Assembly (NCBI GenBank): GCA_043228905.1 | Contig: JBHGNT010000004.1 | Location: forward strand, 18,972,001-19,036,000 | Source: Azolla caroliniana | Lineage: Eukaryota > Plantae > Polypodiophyta | Length of the DNA: 64,000 nucleotides | Direction of reading: 5' to 3' | Shown: piece after piece, positions 60,618 to 64,000 of the stretch | Layout of the letters: every line of letters starts with the position of its first letter | Numbering within the stretch: the stretch's first letter is position 1 | The notes under the pieces: model-generated | Database searches by the model: none | What the model was told of the DNA's origin: nothing | Seen by the model: only the letters and a program-made list of their open reading frames with translations | Translations under genes and position numbers: made by a program

Positions 60618-63600
60618 ATGGGTAGCTCCCTTCCAATAGAGAGGTTCGATAAGAGCAACTATGCATCTTGGGTATACAAGATGCACCAGTATCTACTCGT
60701 CCATGGATACTGGAGTTATTTGGAAGGAGTGAATGATGTAGCACTAGAGCTGTCGCATAGAGACTTTCCAGTCTGGGAGCAGCCGAGTATTGTACTGCTT
60801 CGTGTCCTGTGTGAGTGACCAGATGCTCAACTACATATAAGATGTGAAGTCGCCAATGGATGCTTGGGGAAACTTGAAGAGAGTATTTGCCACAATCACC
60901 ACAACCCGTAAGTTGCAATTTAGACAAGAGCTCAACAACGTCTGACAGGAGGTATGTCAGTAACTGGCTACACCACAAAGATCAAGGAGATCTGTGGTGC
61001 ACTTGGGTCCATCAATGTTACTGTGGATGAAGATGAGATGGTGCAGATCTGCCTTAGTGGGTTAGCTCAAGATGTTGTACATGGAGGCAGATAGGCCCCG
61101 TGGTCGTGACGAATGAGGCGGATTGGCACGCAATGGAGGCAGCCGACAAGAACAAAACCAGAGGCATAATAGAAATGCTGACAATAGGGGGAGTCAAGAC
61201 AATGCCGAAAGCTGACAAGGGAAGGCTGCAATGAACTGTTGGTATTGTGGCCAGAAGGGCCACAAAGAGAGCAAGTGTTGGAAGAAGTGTGTCGATTCAG
61301 ATCAAGCCAAGGTGACGCAAATAGGCATCAAATATTGCACTATGTCAAAGGTTCAGGGTGAGCCGAAAAGAGCCCAACCGTCATAATGAAGACTAAACCC
61401 AACTCGATGGCGATGAACACCTCAAAATAGAAAGAGGTATGGTATGTGGACTCCGGCACATCAGACCACATGACAAACCATGAAGAATGGTTCTCCTATC
61501 TTGAGAACCCGAAGCAACGGGGGGTCATCGAAACTTGCAACGATACCCCTCACCCCATCGAACATATCAAGGACATCCTGCTAAGCCATGTCGGCCAAAA
61601 AGGGATTATGAGAAATGTCTTGCATGTGCCGACAATCACCAAGAACTTGGTGTCGATCAGACAAATTGTCGACCAGGGCATTCAAGTTTGGTTTACTCAT
61701 ATTGGGTGCTTCATAGAGGAAGAAGGAAAGATTATTGCGCAGGGGTGCCAAGAAGGGAGGATGTTTATCCTCGACACAAACGACGTAGGCGCCACTACAT
61801 TCGTCAAAGGGCAAAAGGCCAAGTTGAACATTGACTTGTGGCACAAGCGATTCAGCCACATCAACTTCTCGTGGCTTCAAGAGATGTAAATGAAAAACAT
61901 TGTTTTCGCCCTACCGAAATTTAGTGGCCAAAAGGGCCAAGTCTGTGAAGCCTGTCAGTTAGGGAAGCAACACCGATTTCCATTTCCCAATGAGCATAAT
62001 TGGAGCCATAACAAGCTCGATTTGATCCATTCGGATGTGTGGGGACCAGTGCAGAACGTAAGCATCGGTGGGAGTCGTTACTTTGTAACCTTCATTGATG
62101 ACTACACTTGACACACCTTGGCATGCTTGGTCAAGAAGAAAGACAAAGTCTTCTCCTGTTATTGAAGGTGAAGAACCTTTCCGAATGGGAGATAGGCCGG
62201 AAGATCAAGTGCCTCAGGTCCGATGGTGGAAAAGAGTATTTTTTCAACCAGTTCTCAAGCTATCGGCAAAAGGAGGGAATTCGACAGGAGTTCTCTTACA
62301 GATACACACCAGAGCAGAATGGTGTGGCTGAACAGAAGAATCGGCGATAGAGGAAACAACATAGGCAATGCTTGAAGAGAAGCATATGCCGATGTTCTAC
62401 TAGGCCGAAGCAATTCGGACATCCGCATATCTTCAGAATCGGACAACTGCAACTGGAGGAAAAGTGTCGCCACATGAGTTGTACTTCGGGAAGAAGACGA
62501 ACTTGGTACACTTGAGGGTGTTCGACAACATAGTATATCTGCATGTGCTGAATGAGAAGCAGAGGAAGGTAGATGCCAAAGAAGAGAAGTGTATATTGGT
62601 CGGATACTCAGATGAGCAGAAGGGTTATAAGTGTTATAAGCCCTAATCGAAACAGGTCTGAGTTAGTCGCGATGTCATATTTGACGAGTCAGCTTCATGG
62701 TACTTGCCTCCATCTCCAACCCCCATCAACTCCGTTCCAAATTCTGAAGATGAGGCTAGTGAGGCCAACTCTCTGAATGAGGGAGATATCAGAACTCTAG
62801 AAGAGAGTCTGATATCATTCCGACTAAGTGGGCCGAATGAGAGACTGAGTCGGAATGACCAATCGGATAATGAGCCGGCAAGCAGTGAAAACTCGGTCGT
62901 GCACTACCGGTGCATCAAATCTTAGTGAATCTGAAGCGGCCATGAACGAAGATGGACCTCTGAAAACGAGGTCTGAATCGGTCAAGAGGGCCGTGAAATC
63001 AGTGACGTAAAAGTTGTGCCGATCAATCCGCCAGAGGAATCTCGTCATTCGGTACAGATACAACGACTATATGGCACATCGTTATGCATATATGGCAAAG
63101 GTGGTGGAAGTGCATGAGCCGGAGAGCTACATAGAGGCGGAAAAGGACGTAAAATGGCATGCTGGCATGGAGGAAGAGATGTGAGCATTAGCGTAAAACG
63201 AGTCATGGGACCTGGTTGACGCCCCCAAAAGTGTGAAGTTGATTGGGTGCAGGTGGGTGTACAAAGTCAAGTACAATGCCGACGGCTCCATCAACCGATA
63301 CAACGCCCGACTGGTGACGAAGGGCTACGCGCAGACACACAGCATCGACTACGATGAGATATTTGCGCCAGTCGCCAAGATGACGACCATCCATGTGTTG
63401 TTGGCTGTAGCAACAATGAAGGGGTGGCATCCACATCAGATGGATGTAAAGAATGTGTTCCCACAAGGAGAGCTTCAGGAACGGGTGTACATGGTACAAC
63501 CCCCCTGATCCGAATTGAACACATCGGTAGTTTGCCGACTGAAGAAGTCCATCTACAGACTTAAGCAAGCCCACATGCATGGAATCAAAGATCATGTAGA

Positions 63601-64000
63601 GATTGCGTGGATGGAGTTTGCTCCGTCAAAATCGAACTCTTCATTGTTCATTCGGTGGAGTCAGACCGGACCAATAAGCATTTTGCAATATGTCAATGAT
63701 TTAGTCATTGTCGGTGCCGACTTAGAAGAAATCGGCCAAGTTAAGTCTGAACTTGCCGCATCATTCGACATGAAGGATTTAGGGAACCTTCACTACTTCC
63801 TCGGGATTGAAGTGATCCATACCCCTGAATGCATACCAATCAGCCAACGACATTATGTGTTGAGTATGCTCTTCAAATTCGGAATGACGGACTGCAAATC
63901 CATCACGACTCCTCTAGATTGAACCGTGAAACCGAATCAAGAAAGGCATGCAACCCGGCACGGTTCCGACAAATAGTCAGAAGCCTTATCTACCTGACCA
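60618..64000 (+). pseudogene. Copia-3 gag-pol (many stops and frameshifts)
   Basis: MGSSLPIERFDKSNYASW; WYVDSGTSDHMT; LIHSDVWGP; LRSDGGKEY; IGCRWVYKVK; QYVNDLVI. Confidence 0.92.

Larger units (their letters stand above)
44394..64000 (+). mobile_element. Ty1/Copia element related to Copia-1, base of nest 2, runs off the window end
   Basis: 5' LTR ~44394-44898 (TGTTGAG...TTTTACA); degenerate Met PBS TGGTTTCAAAGC 44899-44910; leader interrupted by the chromovirus at 44964; coding region resumes at 60618. Confidence 0.88.

Overview
Eukaryotic land-plant nuclear DNA, most likely a fern (inferred from the PPR motif style and the retroelement lineages), dominated by transposons. The only clear host gene is an intronless PLS/E-class PPR gene (35592-39043, minus strand) broken by one frameshift. 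There are two three-deep LTR nests. Nest 1, all on the minus strand: Copia (6137-~20713) contains a non-autonomous LTR element (7164-17005), which contains a tRNA-Trp-primed, fungal-looking Gypsy (8667-15708). Nest 2, all on the plus strand: a related Copia (44394 to beyond the window end) contains a self-priming Tcn1/Tf1-like chromovirus (44964-60566), which contains a young Gypsy (49193-59082) with an extra ~900-codon ORF after pol. Between the nests lie a near full-length decayed L1-type LINE, a decayed spliced RING-H2 gene whose intron is filled with a palindromic satellite, an ~870-bp palindrome, two Mutator-type non-autonomous elements, and a decayed Copia. Three copies of a small element made of two convergent tRNA-like heads are dispersed in the first 35 kb. 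The most notable observations are: an apparent fossil of an aborted reverse-transcription intermediate (5' LTR reduced to R-U5, a fold-back copy of its own PPT, and a 174-bp target duplication); outward-facing tRNA-like Pol III cassettes at the U3 ends of LTRs; the double-tRNA element; and the extra Gypsy ORF. All alignments and counts were done by eye, and no database searches were run.
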